A DNA stretch of 64,000 bases from an uncultured Candidatus Saccharibacteria bacterium (GTDB lineage: Bacteria; Patescibacteriota; Dojkabacteria; J137), in assembly GCA_964607415.1 (NCBI GenBank), contig CAZSKK010000002.1, forward strand, positions 9,991-73,990, in the 5' to 3' direction. The position numbers and the translations under genes are program-made. Positions 1 through 9,675 of the stretch are shown one piece after another. The stretch's first letter is position 1; each line of letters opens with the position of its first letter. The notes under the pieces are model-generated. The model worked only from the letters and a program-made list of their open reading frames with translations, was not told where the DNA came from and searched no databases.

Positions 1-2
1 AG

Positions 3-803
3 GCATCTGTAACTGGAACTGAAAACTTGGTTTTAGCTGCAGTAAAAGCAAATGGTAGAACAGTAATTTACAATGCAGCATGCGAACCTCACACACAGGA
101 TTTATGCAATTTTTTAGTTTCTGTAGGTGCCCAAATTGAAGGGATTGGAACTAACAAACTTGTAATTGATGGTGTTCAAAACCTAAGTGGGGGAGAGTGG
201 ACAGTCATTTCAGATCATATTGATATTGGTGGAATGATTGTTGCAGCAGCAGTTACTAATGGCGAGCTTCTAATTAAAAATGCAATCCCAAACCACATGA
301 CTCAAATTTTAAATTACTTTGCAAAGCTTAATTTAAAAGTAGAAATTCAAGGTGAAAATATTTTTGTTCCATCTGGACAGGAATTATATGCAATTCCTAA
401 CTTTAAAGGAGATATTGATAAGATCAATGACTTGCCTTGGCCAGGCTTTCCAGTAGATTTAATTCCACAAGCTTTAATTCTTGCGCTAAATGCAAAAGGA
501 AACATTCGAGTATATTCTAATCTTTACGAAGTTCAGCTTGTAGAATTGTTTGCAGAGCTATTCAAAATGAGGGCTAGCATGTCCTTAACCAATCCTAATC
601 AGATTATTACTTTTAATAAAAGTACTATATCCGGGACCACCGTAAACGCATCCACAATTTTGCAGTCTACACATGCGCTAATACTTGCAGGATTAAGCGG
701 GAAAGGTACTACAATAATTCACAATGCAGATATTATTTATAGAAGATTTCCCGAGATTATTGAAACATTCCAAAGGTTAGGAGCTAAGATAGAGAAGATC
801 TGA
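3..803 (+). CDS. murA: UDP-N-acetylglucosamine 1-carboxyvinyltransferase (5' truncated by window)
   Basis: Frame open from position 3: ASVTGTENLVLAA, AACEPH, PWPGFPVDL, C-terminal LGAKI; near murB. Confidence 0.9.
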   Translation, partial: ASVTGTENLVLAAVKANGRTVIYNAACEPHTQDLCNFLVSVGAQIEGIGTNKLVIDGVQNLSGGEWTVISDHIDIGGMIVAAAVTNGELLIKNAIPNHMTQILNYFAKLNLKVEIQGENIFVPSGQELYAIPNFKGDIDKINDLPWPGFPVDLIPQALILALNAKGNIRVYSNLYEVQLVELFAELFKMRASMSLTNPNQIITFNKSTISGTTVNASTILQSTHALILAGLSGKGTTIIHNADIIYRRFPEIIETFQRLGAKIEKI

Positions 804-1270
804 AATTCTCTATAAGCAGCCTTAGCTTTTTTATCAAGCTTTTCAATAAGTGCCCTATATTCCGTTTCTTGTGTCCCAGTAAGTTGTCGCGTAACACTAA
901 GATTAAAAAGCTCTGTTTTTCTTTCCATTAAAGTATAGGTTAGAAGCATGTCTAAGCCTCCTTTTATTTTAGCAGTTCCTCTCTGCTCAAGCTGATTGAT
1001 GAATCTCTCAAAAATAGCCTCTCTATGTTCCTCTATATTTAAAGTCCCATATTCAAATATTCTTTTGAAATATACTATATAAGCCTTTGACTCAAATTTT
1101 CTTTCCGATTCACTATTTTTAACTTTTTCTGCTTCATTAACCAAAGTTGAATAAGAATTAATACCGGAAAGCAAGTTAAGAATCACATCTGCTTTCCTAT
1201 ACTTAGATTCAGTATTAAATAAAATATTTTGATTTTCAAATGCCTCAGCCAGATGATCTTTTGTATCCAT
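737..1270 (-). CDS. hypothetical helical protein
   Basis: 177-aa ORF 2 nt downstream of the 1273..1902 ORF; its 3' end overlaps the murA 3' end. Confidence 0.6.
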   Translation of the reverse strand: MDTKDHLAEAFENQNILFNTESKYRKADVILNLLSGINSYSTLVNEAEKVKNSESERKFESKAYIVYFKRIFEYGTLNIEEHREAIFERFINQLEQRGTAKIKGGLDMLLTYTLMERKTELFNLSVTRQLTGTQETEYRALIEKLDKKAKAAYREFQIFSILAPNLWNVSIISGNLL

Positions 1271-1272
1271 AG

Positions 1273-1902
1273 TTATGATTCTGGGTTAGGTGCATGAGTA
1301 TGGAAATGGCTTCCTCCAACTACATTAACACCTTTTCTATTTAATCGTTTTGCTAGAAATTCTAGCTCTTGTATCTCTAATTTACTTGTACCACCAACTA
1401 CTTTCAACGAAAATAGATAGGAATAGCGCTGTCTCCTAATCCCACCTAGAACTGTTTCAAAATTAAATTCCCTATAGTTCGTTTGCGAAAGTCGTTGTGC
1501 AATAACTGCCTTAGTAATTAAAAAGTATCTTTCAAGGATTTCCTGTCTGTTTGCTTTTGCTGGAATAAAATCTTTATTAAATCTTATGTTACTAACCAGT
1601 GAAGCAACCATAGGGTTTTTTCTACTGCTATTTTGAAAAAAATATACTAAATCATCAAAATTATCGCATTCTCCTAGATTTTTAACAGCTTTATTTAAAT
1701 CAACATCCCTACAATCGTTGTTTACTAAAATTTGATTTATCTGCTCAATATCCTCATCAAGTAGAAGGCTTGACCAAGGTGATTCTAAAAAATCGTTAAG
1801 CCTGTTATTAAAAGATTCTTGTTTTTTTCTTTCAAGCATCAATTGAAACCCTTCTGTATAAACTGGATCTGGTTCGGAATTTGTGTGATTGAGATCACTC
1901 AT
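1273..1902 (-). CDS. hypothetical helical protein
   Basis: 209-aa ORF with ATG in AT-rich context; no recognisable family. Confidence 0.65.
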   Translation of the reverse strand: MSDLNHTNSEPDPVYTEGFQLMLERKKQESFNNRLNDFLESPWSSLLLDEDIEQINQILVNNDCRDVDLNKAVKNLGECDNFDDLVYFFQNSSRKNPMVASLVSNIRFNKDFIPAKANRQEILERYFLITKAVIAQRLSQTNYREFNFETVLGGIRRQRYSYLFSLKVVGGTSKLEIQELEFLAKRLNRKGVNVVGGSHFHTHAPNPES

Positions 1903-2037
1903 AAAAAATAATTAATAATTGCGAAAGTTTACCAAAGCCTCCTTAATATGGCAACATTATTCCATTCTCTGGCTTCTGACCTCAGGCCTCTGGTTTCTAA
2001 CTTCTGACTTCTTTCCTTCAATTTGTTAAAATTAATC

Positions 2038-3105
2038 ATGGAAAATCTACAAAAACTTATAGATCAACTAAATCCCGAACACGTTAAATTAAACGAACCC
2101 CTTTCAAAACACACGACCTTAAAAATTGGTGGACCTGCAGATATTTTTTTCACGCCAACATCAACCGATGAGCTTGTAAACGCTGTAAAGGCTGCAAAAA
2201 GCCTGGGAGTTCCAGTAACCATGTTGGGCTGGGGTGCAAATGTTTTAATCGCAGATAAAGGCATTAGAGGCCTTGTAATAAGAAATAACTCTAAAAATAT
2301 TGAAGTTCTTGGGCAAACTAGTTCAAACGAATCACAGGAAAATTCTGATGATACAGAAGTAATTGCAAGATGGACTGCAAGTACAGAAGAGCAGGGCGCA
2401 CGCAAAATGTACGATTTTAAAGATTTGAACTATGATGAATCAGATAAACCTATTATTCAAGTAAAAATGGATAGCGGGGTAGATCTGCCTTATGCAATCA
2501 ATTATCTAATAAGTAAAGGCATTACTGGACTTCAATGGTATTCCAAAATTCCTGGAACAATTGGTGGCGGAATTTATAATAATATTCATGGAGGTACACA
2601 TTTTTTTAATGAAATTCTTGAATCAGTAACAATTTTAGATGAAAAGAATAATATTGTAACTTTAAATAAATCTGAATTGGGTCTTGGATATGATCAATCT
2701 CGCTTCCATAATTCAAAAGAGATAATTCTAAATGGCTTATTTAATTTAAGAGCAGGAGATAAAGAAAAAGCCCAATTTGTAAGCATTGAATGGGCAAGAC
2801 GTAAAGGTGCCCTTCAACCTGCAGTATCGTGTGGAAGCGTGTTTCAAACCCTCTCGAATGATGAAGTACAAAAACGAGGATATCCTACAGGAAGTGCAGG
2901 GTATGTGATTGAACACCTATTAAAAATGACCGGATTCCATGTAGGGGACGCCTGGGTTTCAGAAAAGCACCATAATTTCATAGAAAACAAAGGAGCTGCA
3001 ACTGCCTCAGACTATCTTTCAGTAATAAACGAAATTAAAACTCGAGCTAAACAAGAACTGGACTTAGATTTAAAATTAGAAATATTCCTTCTAGGCGACT
3101 TTTAA
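2038..3105 (+). CDS. murB: UDP-N-acetylenolpyruvoylglucosamine reductase
   Basis: HTTLKIGGPAD, GWGANVL, IPGTIGG, QPAVSCGSVF, SEKHHNFIEN; ATG at 2038. Confidence 0.95.
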   Translation: MENLQKLIDQLNPEHVKLNEPLSKHTTLKIGGPADIFFTPTSTDELVNAVKAAKSLGVPVTMLGWGANVLIADKGIRGLVIRNNSKNIEVLGQTSSNESQENSDDTEVIARWTASTEEQGARKMYDFKDLNYDESDKPIIQVKMDSGVDLPYAINYLISKGITGLQWYSKIPGTIGGGIYNNIHGGTHFFNEILESVTILDEKNNIVTLNKSELGLGYDQSRFHNSKEIILNGLFNLRAGDKEKAQFVSIEWARRKGALQPAVSCGSVFQTLSNDEVQKRGYPTGSAGYVIEHLLKMTGFHVGDAWVSEKHHNFIENKGAATASDYLSVINEIKTRAKQELDLDLKLEIFLLGDF

Positions 3106-3732
3106 AATATCCTATAATATTAAACTAGTGTTTATTACTTTTATCCTGAAGGCAATCAACGGAGTGCTTTATCTTCTTTCTAACGTTTGTTTAGCCCAAA
3201 TCTTCAGTAAATTTTTAGCCTACATTTAAAATATATGATTTTACTCAATTATTAATAGATGTCAACATCGCATTTTAGTGTAGTATATATATCGAGTATT
3301 GATTGAACCCCTAAACTTAAAGTAGAGAAGTAAGTATTATTTTCTATACTTGCAGTTTACTTCTACTTTTAGAATACTTGCTCGCAAAGCGCATCGATAA
3401 GTTTTACGTAACGAAACAAATTTGATCATAGTAAAAATGTAAAGTTAATGTGTTTTTATATTTCCATAATATTTATTGGATATACATCAAGCGAATGTAT
3501 AAACAAATTATCCATAGCTAGCTGCAACCCTTTGCAAGAAGCTTGTTTCAGCTTTTTTGAAAATTCGAAAATTACAAATTGAAAATTAAATTTGGTTCTA
3601 CTTTTGTTATCAAACGCAAAATTTGCAAAATTTTGTAATTTTTATGTTTTGAGACGCAAATATGAACTTTTAGAAACATGTTAAAAATGTTAATCTTTAT
3701 TTTAGTAACATAAATTTCAAAAATCCCTAAAA

Positions 3733-5541
3733 ATGAGTATCAAAATCCTACCCGAAAACATAATTAATTTGATTGCAGCAGGCGAAGTAGTAGAAAGACC
3801 AGCTTCAGCACTAAAAGAACTAATTGAAAATTCAATTGATGCTGGAAGCTCAAGAATCATAATCAGGCTAGAAGAATTCGGTGAAAAGCTTATAGAAGTG
3901 GAAGATAATGGTGCCGGCATGGATGCTACCGACGCTAAGCTAGCATTTGTTCAACACGCAACTTCAAAAATCTCAAAAGAAGACGATTTAAATAGTATAA
4001 ATACACTAGGATTTAGAGGTGAAGCTTTAGCCAGCATTGCGTCTGTTGCTGAATATGTAGAACTGGAAACAAAAAAGGAAAATGCTGAGCCAGTTAAAAT
4101 TAAAGCAGAATCAAATACCGTAATTAATCAGGATAGTAACAAAAGCACAGTCGGTACAGTAATTTCGATACATAATCTTTTTGCAAAGGTGCCAGCTAGA
4201 AAAAAATTTCTAAAAAATCCTAATACAGAGTACAAGCACTTATTAAATACTTTTATAAACATAGCTCTAGTAAATACAAACATTCATTTTGAAATATTTC
4301 ATAACAACAAGCTTGTTTACAGACTTAATAAAACTGATAATTTTAAAGAAAGAGTTTTTGAACTATTTGGCAAAGAAATAAGTACAAACTTAATTGGACC
4401 AATTCACTATGAAAATAATTTTTGTACCATCAACCTATTTTTGGGAAGCCCTAGGCTATCAAAAAAAACCGCAACCAATCAATATACTTTCGTAAATAAT
4501 AGATTTGTTATAGATAAAGTAATTCAAGCAAGTATCGCCAATGGTTTTTCTGGATTTATCCACAAAGAACTCAAACCTGTATGGTTCGCATTTATCCACA
4601 TAAACCCTGAGTTAGTTGATGTAAATGTTCATCCTAGAAAGCTTGAGGTTAGATTTACAAATCCCAAAGATATTTATGGCATAACCTACTCACTAGCAAA
4701 AAAATCTCTTGAACAGGAAAGCAGATCCATAACTATCAATACTTTAGCCGACAGAAATGAGGCAACATCACCTGCCTTTATCTCTAATTTCAACAAATCT
4801 GCAAAGCAAATGTACAAATATGAAAATTATGGTAGCAACAAATCATCATCACCAAAAGTTATTATCGAAGAAGCAATCAGTTTTAGCAAAGCGCTATTAC
4901 AGCCGCTCGATGGTGAAAAATCCGACATAAATAACTTTAATGAATTTGCGCTAGATTCCGCTTTTCAACTTTTTAACACTTATATATTATATGAAAAAAA
5001 TGATTCACTAATTGTCGTGGATCAGCATGCAGCAAGCGAAAAAATTACATTTGAAAAGCTTATTTCTAATATCGATTCTATTAAAACAAAACCATTATTA
5101 CTTCCTAAAATAATTGAACTTAATTCAGCCCAGAAAGAGGAAATCATTGCTATGACTGATGAACTTAAAAAATTAGGCCTTGTGGTAAATGATTTTGGTG
5201 GCAATTCGATACAAATTTCAGAAATTCCAGAACAAATTGATGATCACGATCTTGAAGGTCTTATATTAGAATTGCTGGATGAGCCAATAGAATTTAAAAA
5301 GACCTTCTTTGAATATAGCAGGACAAATAATTCCCTGTCTGAAAAAATCTATTTAATGATCGCCTCAACTGCATGCCATGGGTCAATACGAGCTGGGCAG
5401 CGTCTAAATTCAATGGAAATGAAAAATATAATAAATGACCTTCTTAAATTAGAGAACCCCTACTCTTGCCCACATGGAAGGCCTGTTTTCTGGGAACTTA
5501 AAAAAGCAGAGTTAGAAAAAAACTTTAAACGTATATTATGA
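3733..5541 (+). CDS. mutL: DNA mismatch repair endonuclease MutL
   Basis: IAAGEVVERP, GFRGEALASI, DQHAASEK endonuclease motif, CPHGRP. Confidence 0.97.
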   Translation: MSIKILPENIINLIAAGEVVERPASALKELIENSIDAGSSRIIIRLEEFGEKLIEVEDNGAGMDATDAKLAFVQHATSKISKEDDLNSINTLGFRGEALASIASVAEYVELETKKENAEPVKIKAESNTVINQDSNKSTVGTVISIHNLFAKVPARKKFLKNPNTEYKHLLNTFINIALVNTNIHFEIFHNNKLVYRLNKTDNFKERVFELFGKEISTNLIGPIHYENNFCTINLFLGSPRLSKKTATNQYTFVNNRFVIDKVIQASIANGFSGFIHKELKPVWFAFIHINPELVDVNVHPRKLEVRFTNPKDIYGITYSLAKKSLEQESRSITINTLADRNEATSPAFISNFNKSAKQMYKYENYGSNKSSSPKVIIEEAISFSKALLQPLDGEKSDINNFNEFALDSAFQLFNTYILYEKNDSLIVVDQHAASEKITFEKLISNIDSIKTKPLLLPKIIELNSAQKEEIIAMTDELKKLGLVVNDFGGNSIQISEIPEQIDDHDLEGLILELLDEPIEFKKTFFEYSRTNNSLSEKIYLMIASTACHGSIRAGQRLNSMEMKNIINDLLKLENPYSCPHGRPVFWELKKAELEKNFKRIL

Positions 5542-6044
5542 AAAAATTTTTTATTTTCTATACAATTTTCATCTTCATATTAATTCTAGTACTAGGATCT
5601 TTAACCATCTATATGCTATCTTCAAATTCAAAAACTAGTGGGATCCTTGATATTAAAACTGTTTCTGATAACTCAACAGTTACTTTAAAACATATCCCTT
5701 CAAATCGTAAAATTGAATTGGAAGTTGCCAAATCAATCGAAAAAAGAATGAATGGATTAATGCTCAAAACTAGCCTTGAAGAAAACTCAGGAATGATTTT
5801 TATTTCAGAGCAAGAATCAGAAATGACATTTTGGATGAAGAACACCTTGGTCTCTCTGGATGTGATTTATTTAGACAAAAATTTGAAAGTTGTAAGTTTC
5901 CACGAGTCAACTCAGAAAAACCAGACAACGGAAGTTTATCCTTCAAACGGCAAAGCTCTTTATGGCATAGAACTTAATGCAGGTTGGTCAGAAAAAAACA
6001 ACCTAAATGTTGGTGACCAATTTGAAATAGTTGGAATAAATTGA
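5538..6044 (+). CDS. DUF192 family protein with N-terminal membrane anchor
   Basis: RMNGLM, GMIF, FWMKNTLVSLDVIYLD, IELNAG. Confidence 0.85.
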   Translation: MKKFFIFYTIFIFILILVLGSLTIYMLSSNSKTSGILDIKTVSDNSTVTLKHIPSNRKIELEVAKSIEKRMNGLMLKTSLEENSGMIFISEQESEMTFWMKNTLVSLDVIYLDKNLKVVSFHESTQKNQTTEVYPSNGKALYGIELNAGWSEKNNLNVGDQFEIVGIN

Positions 6045-6097
6045 ACAGTAGGCTTATCTCGGAAACAATTGTATGTCAATAAGTCCAAGAAAAAGTG

Positions 6098-6126
6098 TTG
6101 ACAAAAAATTTTTATTAGGATAGAAT
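6098..6126 (+). promoter_or_regulatory. sigma70-type promoter
   Basis: TTGACA (6098-6103), 17-nt spacer, TAGAAT (6121-6126). Confidence 0.7.
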
Positions 6127-6182
6127 ATGAGTACAAAAGTAGCACAACAAAATTTCGAGGCAGTAAAAATAGTTAAAAGTGC

Positions 6183-6219
6183 AAGCAAATTATCCCGGTG
6201 ACGGGATAATTTGCTTTCT
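6183..6219 (+). terminator. strong hairpin, probable intrinsic terminator/attenuator
   Basis: 15-bp perfect stem AAGCAAATTATCCCG-gtga-CGGGATAATTTGCTT. Confidence 0.6.
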
Positions 6220-6325
6220 GGAGAAGAAGATCTCAAAATTATAGCTAAAACATATAAACTTAGCTAAAATAGTTAATATAATTGATCCAAAATATTTGTA
6301 CTTTTCTTATTTTTAATCTTTTTAT

Positions 6326-6949
6326 ATGAGTTATCTAGTACCAACAGTAATAGAAAGATCAAGAGAAGGTGAAAGAGCATACGATTTATATTCAAGATTA
6401 TTAAAAGATAGAATCATTTTTGTAGGAACAGCTATCGATGAAGGTGTTGCGAATGCAATCATTGCCCAGCTTTTATTTTTAGATAAAGAAGATCCAGAAA
6501 AAGACATAACAATGTATATTAACTGTCCTGGGGGGGTTATTTATTACGGGCTTGGGATTCTAGACACAATGAACCATATCAAAGCAGATGTCAGCACTGT
6601 AGTTGTCGGACTAGCTGCTTCTTTTGGTGCATTAATTGCAGCAAATGGAACTAAAGGTAAAAGATTTATATTGCCAAATGCAACAGTAATGATTCATCAA
6701 CCATGGTCAAGCGGAGGCGGAGGACAAGCAACAGACGTGGAAATAAGTGCTAAGGAAATATTAAGACAGAAGGATATTTTAAATAAAATTTTAGCTGAAA
6801 AAACTGGCCAAACATTGAATAAAATTGAAAAAGATGTGGATAGAGATAATTTTATGGATGCAAAGAAAGCACTTGAATATGGCTTAGTAGATAAGATAAT
6901 ACAGAAAGAAACATCAAGTTCAAAAAAAACAAGTTCGCATAAGGGTTAA
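6326..6949 (+). CDS. clpP: ATP-dependent Clp protease proteolytic subunit
   Basis: [31 protein letters not shown]. Confidence 0.97.
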   Translation: MSYLVPTVIERSREGERAYDLYSRLLKDRIIFVGTAIDEGVANAIIAQLLFLDKEDPEKDITMYINCPGGVIYYGLGILDTMNHIKADVSTVVVGLAASFGALIAANGTKGKRFILPNATVMIHQPWSSGGGGQATDVEISAKEILRQKDILNKILAEKTGQTLNKIEKDVDRDNFMDAKKALEYGLVDKIIQKETSSSKKTSSHKG

Positions 6950-7031
6950 TTAGTGAAAATGCAAACGGTTAATTCGTAGCACAAATCATCGAACTAATTA
7001 ACTGATAAACCAATTAACCTGTAACTTTTAT

Positions 7032-7104
7032 GAGCACTTAGCTCAGCTGGTAGAGCAAACGCTTGACGTGCGTTAGGTCATAGGTTCGATCCCTATAGTG
7101 CTCA
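7032..7104 (+). tRNA. tRNA-Val(GAC), CCA not encoded
   Basis: GAGCACT/AGTGCTC acceptor stem, AACGC-ttGACgt-GCGTT anticodon arm, GGTTCGAT T-loop. Confidence 0.93.
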
Positions 7105-7267
7105 AATTAACCAATTAAGATTAACGGAAACAAATCACTAATTAACCCATCGATTTTAGTGCTATAATTTTTTAGATTTTGAGTAATTAGCCAAGTGATA
7201 AAACTATTAACTATTGGCTATAAGCTAACTCAAAAGCTATAACACATAACATAAACCTGGTTTATAT

Positions 7268-8824
7268 ATGGCACAAATAATTCCCATTTCAGATGAAGTT
7301 AAGCACTCTGCTGCACATGTTCTAGCTCTTGCAGTAAAAAGACAATTCCCAGACGTAAAAATAGGAATTGGTCCCGTCACTAAAGAAGGCTTCTACTATG
7401 ATTTTGATATAGGTAGAAGATTTACAGAAGAAGAAAAGAAAGCAATAGAAACCAATATTATGCAAATCGTTAAAGAAGATTTACCTTTTTCTCAGTTTTA
7501 TCTGAACAAAGAGAAGGCAATAACAATGCTTTTACAAAACGGTCAAGGCTACAAAGCTGAACTTGTGAAATCTATACCAGACGAAGAAATTAGCTTTTTT
7601 AAGGTCGGTGATGAATTCACCGATCTATGCAGAGGTCCTCATTTAAAATCTACTGGATATCTTGGCATTATTCAGATAGATAAAATAACAGAAACACATT
7701 GGAAAGAGGATCCTAAAAGACCTAAAATGGAAAGAATTCATGGTGTAGTATTTAGAAATGCAGAAGAAGCAGTAAACTTTCACAATGCAAAGTTAGAAGA
7801 GAAGTCTAGAGACTTCAAAAAAATCTCAGAAACTTCAAAGCTTGGTTTTGTGGTTGGGAAAGATTTGTATTTTACAAACCGTGGAACGTCAGTCCAAAGG
7901 CAAATTGAGAAGATTATTGTCGCTGAAATTAAAGGCAACAAGCTTGCCGATGAGATAACAGTACCAACTCAAAAAAGTGTAGAGGAAATAACTGGAAGTG
8001 TAGATTCTTATCTATCTTCTAACAACCATAGTTACAAAGATTTTCCCAGATATTTTTTTATAAGAACAAATGTAAAGTCAAAAGTAAAAAATGAAATAGA
8101 AGAAGGAAAAGCAATCATTTTTTTAAATTATCTAAAAGCAACAGATGCAGCCACCGAGCTTGGCAAAGCCATTGAAAATACAATCGGTATATTTAAGCAA
8201 TTTAATCTGGAGATTTTTGGCGAAATTCTTTGCAGCAACCTAGATGATCCTTATTTAGAAAGCATTTCAAATATTTTGAAAGGTAATCTTATTTCACACA
8301 ACAAGGTTTTAACTAAAAATAGAAACGATATTTCATTAATTCTGAAGGTAAAAGACTCAATTTCAAGAGATTGGAATTTATGTGTCATAAACTTAAGAAG
8401 TGAAAATACACCTAGATATATAAATGATGTAAACAATTCACAAAACACGGTTGTATTAGAGAATATATTTCCTATTTTAAATATTTACGGATACTTTATT
8501 GAAAATTTTGAAGGTGAATTGCCTCTTATTTTGAAACCAGTAAAAGTTAAGTGTATTCCTTTAACCAAAAAACAACATGAATATGCTAAGGAAATCTTAA
8601 GAAAAGTTATAGATCTTGGGTATTCAGCGGAAATTGATTTGAGGGCTAATAGTATGCAAGAAAAAATTAAAGACGCAGAGAATGAGGGAATTCCTATCAT
8701 TCTTGTGCTGGGTAATAAAGAAGCTGTTAACCAAGCAGTTTCAATAAGGCAAAACAGTATAGAAGTTGGATTAATAAGCCTTGATAATTTTAAAGACTAC
8801 CTCGCAGAAAATCTAAATTACTAA
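7268..8824 (+). CDS. thrS: threonyl-tRNA synthetase-like protein: intact editing domain and recognisable anticodon-binding domain, degenerate catalytic core
   Basis: HSAAH, GFYYDFD, DLCRGPH; C-terminal anticodon-binding domain; upstream of infC-rpmI-rplT; PMNCP, motif 2 and motif 3 missing. Confidence 0.85.
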   Translation: MAQIIPISDEVKHSAAHVLALAVKRQFPDVKIGIGPVTKEGFYYDFDIGRRFTEEEKKAIETNIMQIVKEDLPFSQFYLNKEKAITMLLQNGQGYKAELVKSIPDEEISFFKVGDEFTDLCRGPHLKSTGYLGIIQIDKITETHWKEDPKRPKMERIHGVVFRNAEEAVNFHNAKLEEKSRDFKKISETSKLGFVVGKDLYFTNRGTSVQRQIEKIIVAEIKGNKLADEITVPTQKSVEEITGSVDSYLSSNNHSYKDFPRYFFIRTNVKSKVKNEIEEGKAIIFLNYLKATDAATELGKAIENTIGIFKQFNLEIFGEILCSNLDDPYLESISNILKGNLISHNKVLTKNRNDISLILKVKDSISRDWNLCVINLRSENTPRYINDVNNSQNTVVLENIFPILNIYGYFIENFEGELPLILKPVKVKCIPLTKKQHEYAKEILRKVIDLGYSAEIDLRANSMQEKIKDAENEGIPIILVLGNKEAVNQAVSIRQNSIEVGLISLDNFKDYLAENLNY

Positions 8825-8898
8825 AGAAAATCCCATTGTGATTAAAAAACTAATGTGATATTATTACTATGCTTTTTAAGTATTAGAACTGTTTTCGT

Positions 8899-9483
8899 AT
8901 AAAAAAATACAATTATTACAAGCCGAAAGCTCCGCAAATAAGAAATTTTAAAAATGAAGAGATCCGAATGCCTAAATTACGGGTTATTGATGAATCCGGT
9001 GAAAATTTAGGTATTTTATCAAGGGACGAAGCATTAAACCTAGCACGCGAAAGAGAATTAGATCTTGTATTAATCGCATCCAATTTAGAAATTCCAGTTG
9101 CAAAAATAATTGACTGGTCTAAATTTAAGTACGAAAAAAGTAAAAAAGCAAGACAATCTAAATCAAAGACAGAAGAAACAAAAGAGTGGTGGTTTAATCC
9201 AAATATAGGTGACCGTGACTTGGAAATCAGATTAAATAAAATCAAAGAGTTTATAGAAAAAGGTGGCAAAGCTAAACTTACTGTTAGATCTAGAAGGAGG
9301 GTATCTCCAGGACAAGTTGCAGAGGCCCTAGATAGAATTGTAAAATTTAGTGAAGGATTTGCAGAGCCTGTATCAGAAAAGCTTAGAGAAGGAAGAAATA
9401 TGGCAATTTACATAAAAATAAAGAAAAATAACACAAAAAAGAATTTAACTGTTGAGGAAACAAACAATGAAAACAAAGATTAA
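8899..9483 (+). CDS. infC: translation initiation factor IF-3 (probable non-AUG ATA start)
   Basis: Conserved KNEEIR lies upstream of the first ATG (8968); in-frame ATA at 8899 follows a stop at 8884; LRVIDESGENLG, KIIDWSKFKYE. Confidence 0.92.
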   Translation: MKKYNYYKPKAPQIRNFKNEEIRMPKLRVIDESGENLGILSRDEALNLARERELDLVLIASNLEIPVAKIIDWSKFKYEKSKKARQSKSKTEETKEWWFNPNIGDRDLEIRLNKIKEFIEKGGKAKLTVRSRRRVSPGQVAEALDRIVKFSEGFAEPVSEKLREGRNMAIYIKIKKNNTKKNLTVEETNNENKD

Positions 9484-9673
9484 AACACACAAAGCAAGTA
9501 AAAAAAGATTCAGAATAACAGGCAAAGGCAAAGTTGTTAGAGACAAACAAAGAATTAGAAATAGTTCACACTTAAAAAATAAAAGAAAATCTACTAGAAA
9601 ACTTATTCCAGAAAACCTTGGGTTAAGTTCTCAAAAAGAGTCTAAAAAAATTAAAAGATTATTAAATAACTAA
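9467..9673 (+). CDS. rpmI: 50S ribosomal protein L35
   Basis: KIKTHKASKKRFRITGKGK; between infC and rplT. Confidence 0.93.
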   Translation: MKTKIKTHKASKKRFRITGKGKVVRDKQRIRNSSHLKNKRKSTRKLIPENLGLSSQKESKKIKRLLNN

Positions 9674-9675
9674 AC

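Noticed and set aside
3508-3516. TTATCCATA as a DnaA box marking oriC
   Set aside because: Single imperfect box, no cluster, and no dnaA/dnaN in the window.
3610-3680. ACGCAAA motifs resembling a c-di-GMP-I riboswitch
   Set aside because: The required P2/P3 stems and the tetraloop-receptor pair could not be formed.
7105-7267. T-box riboswitch upstream of the thrS-like gene
   Set aside because: No GGTGGnACCGCG T-box sequence or terminator; the region is AT-rich microrepeat plus a TGCTATAAT promoter.
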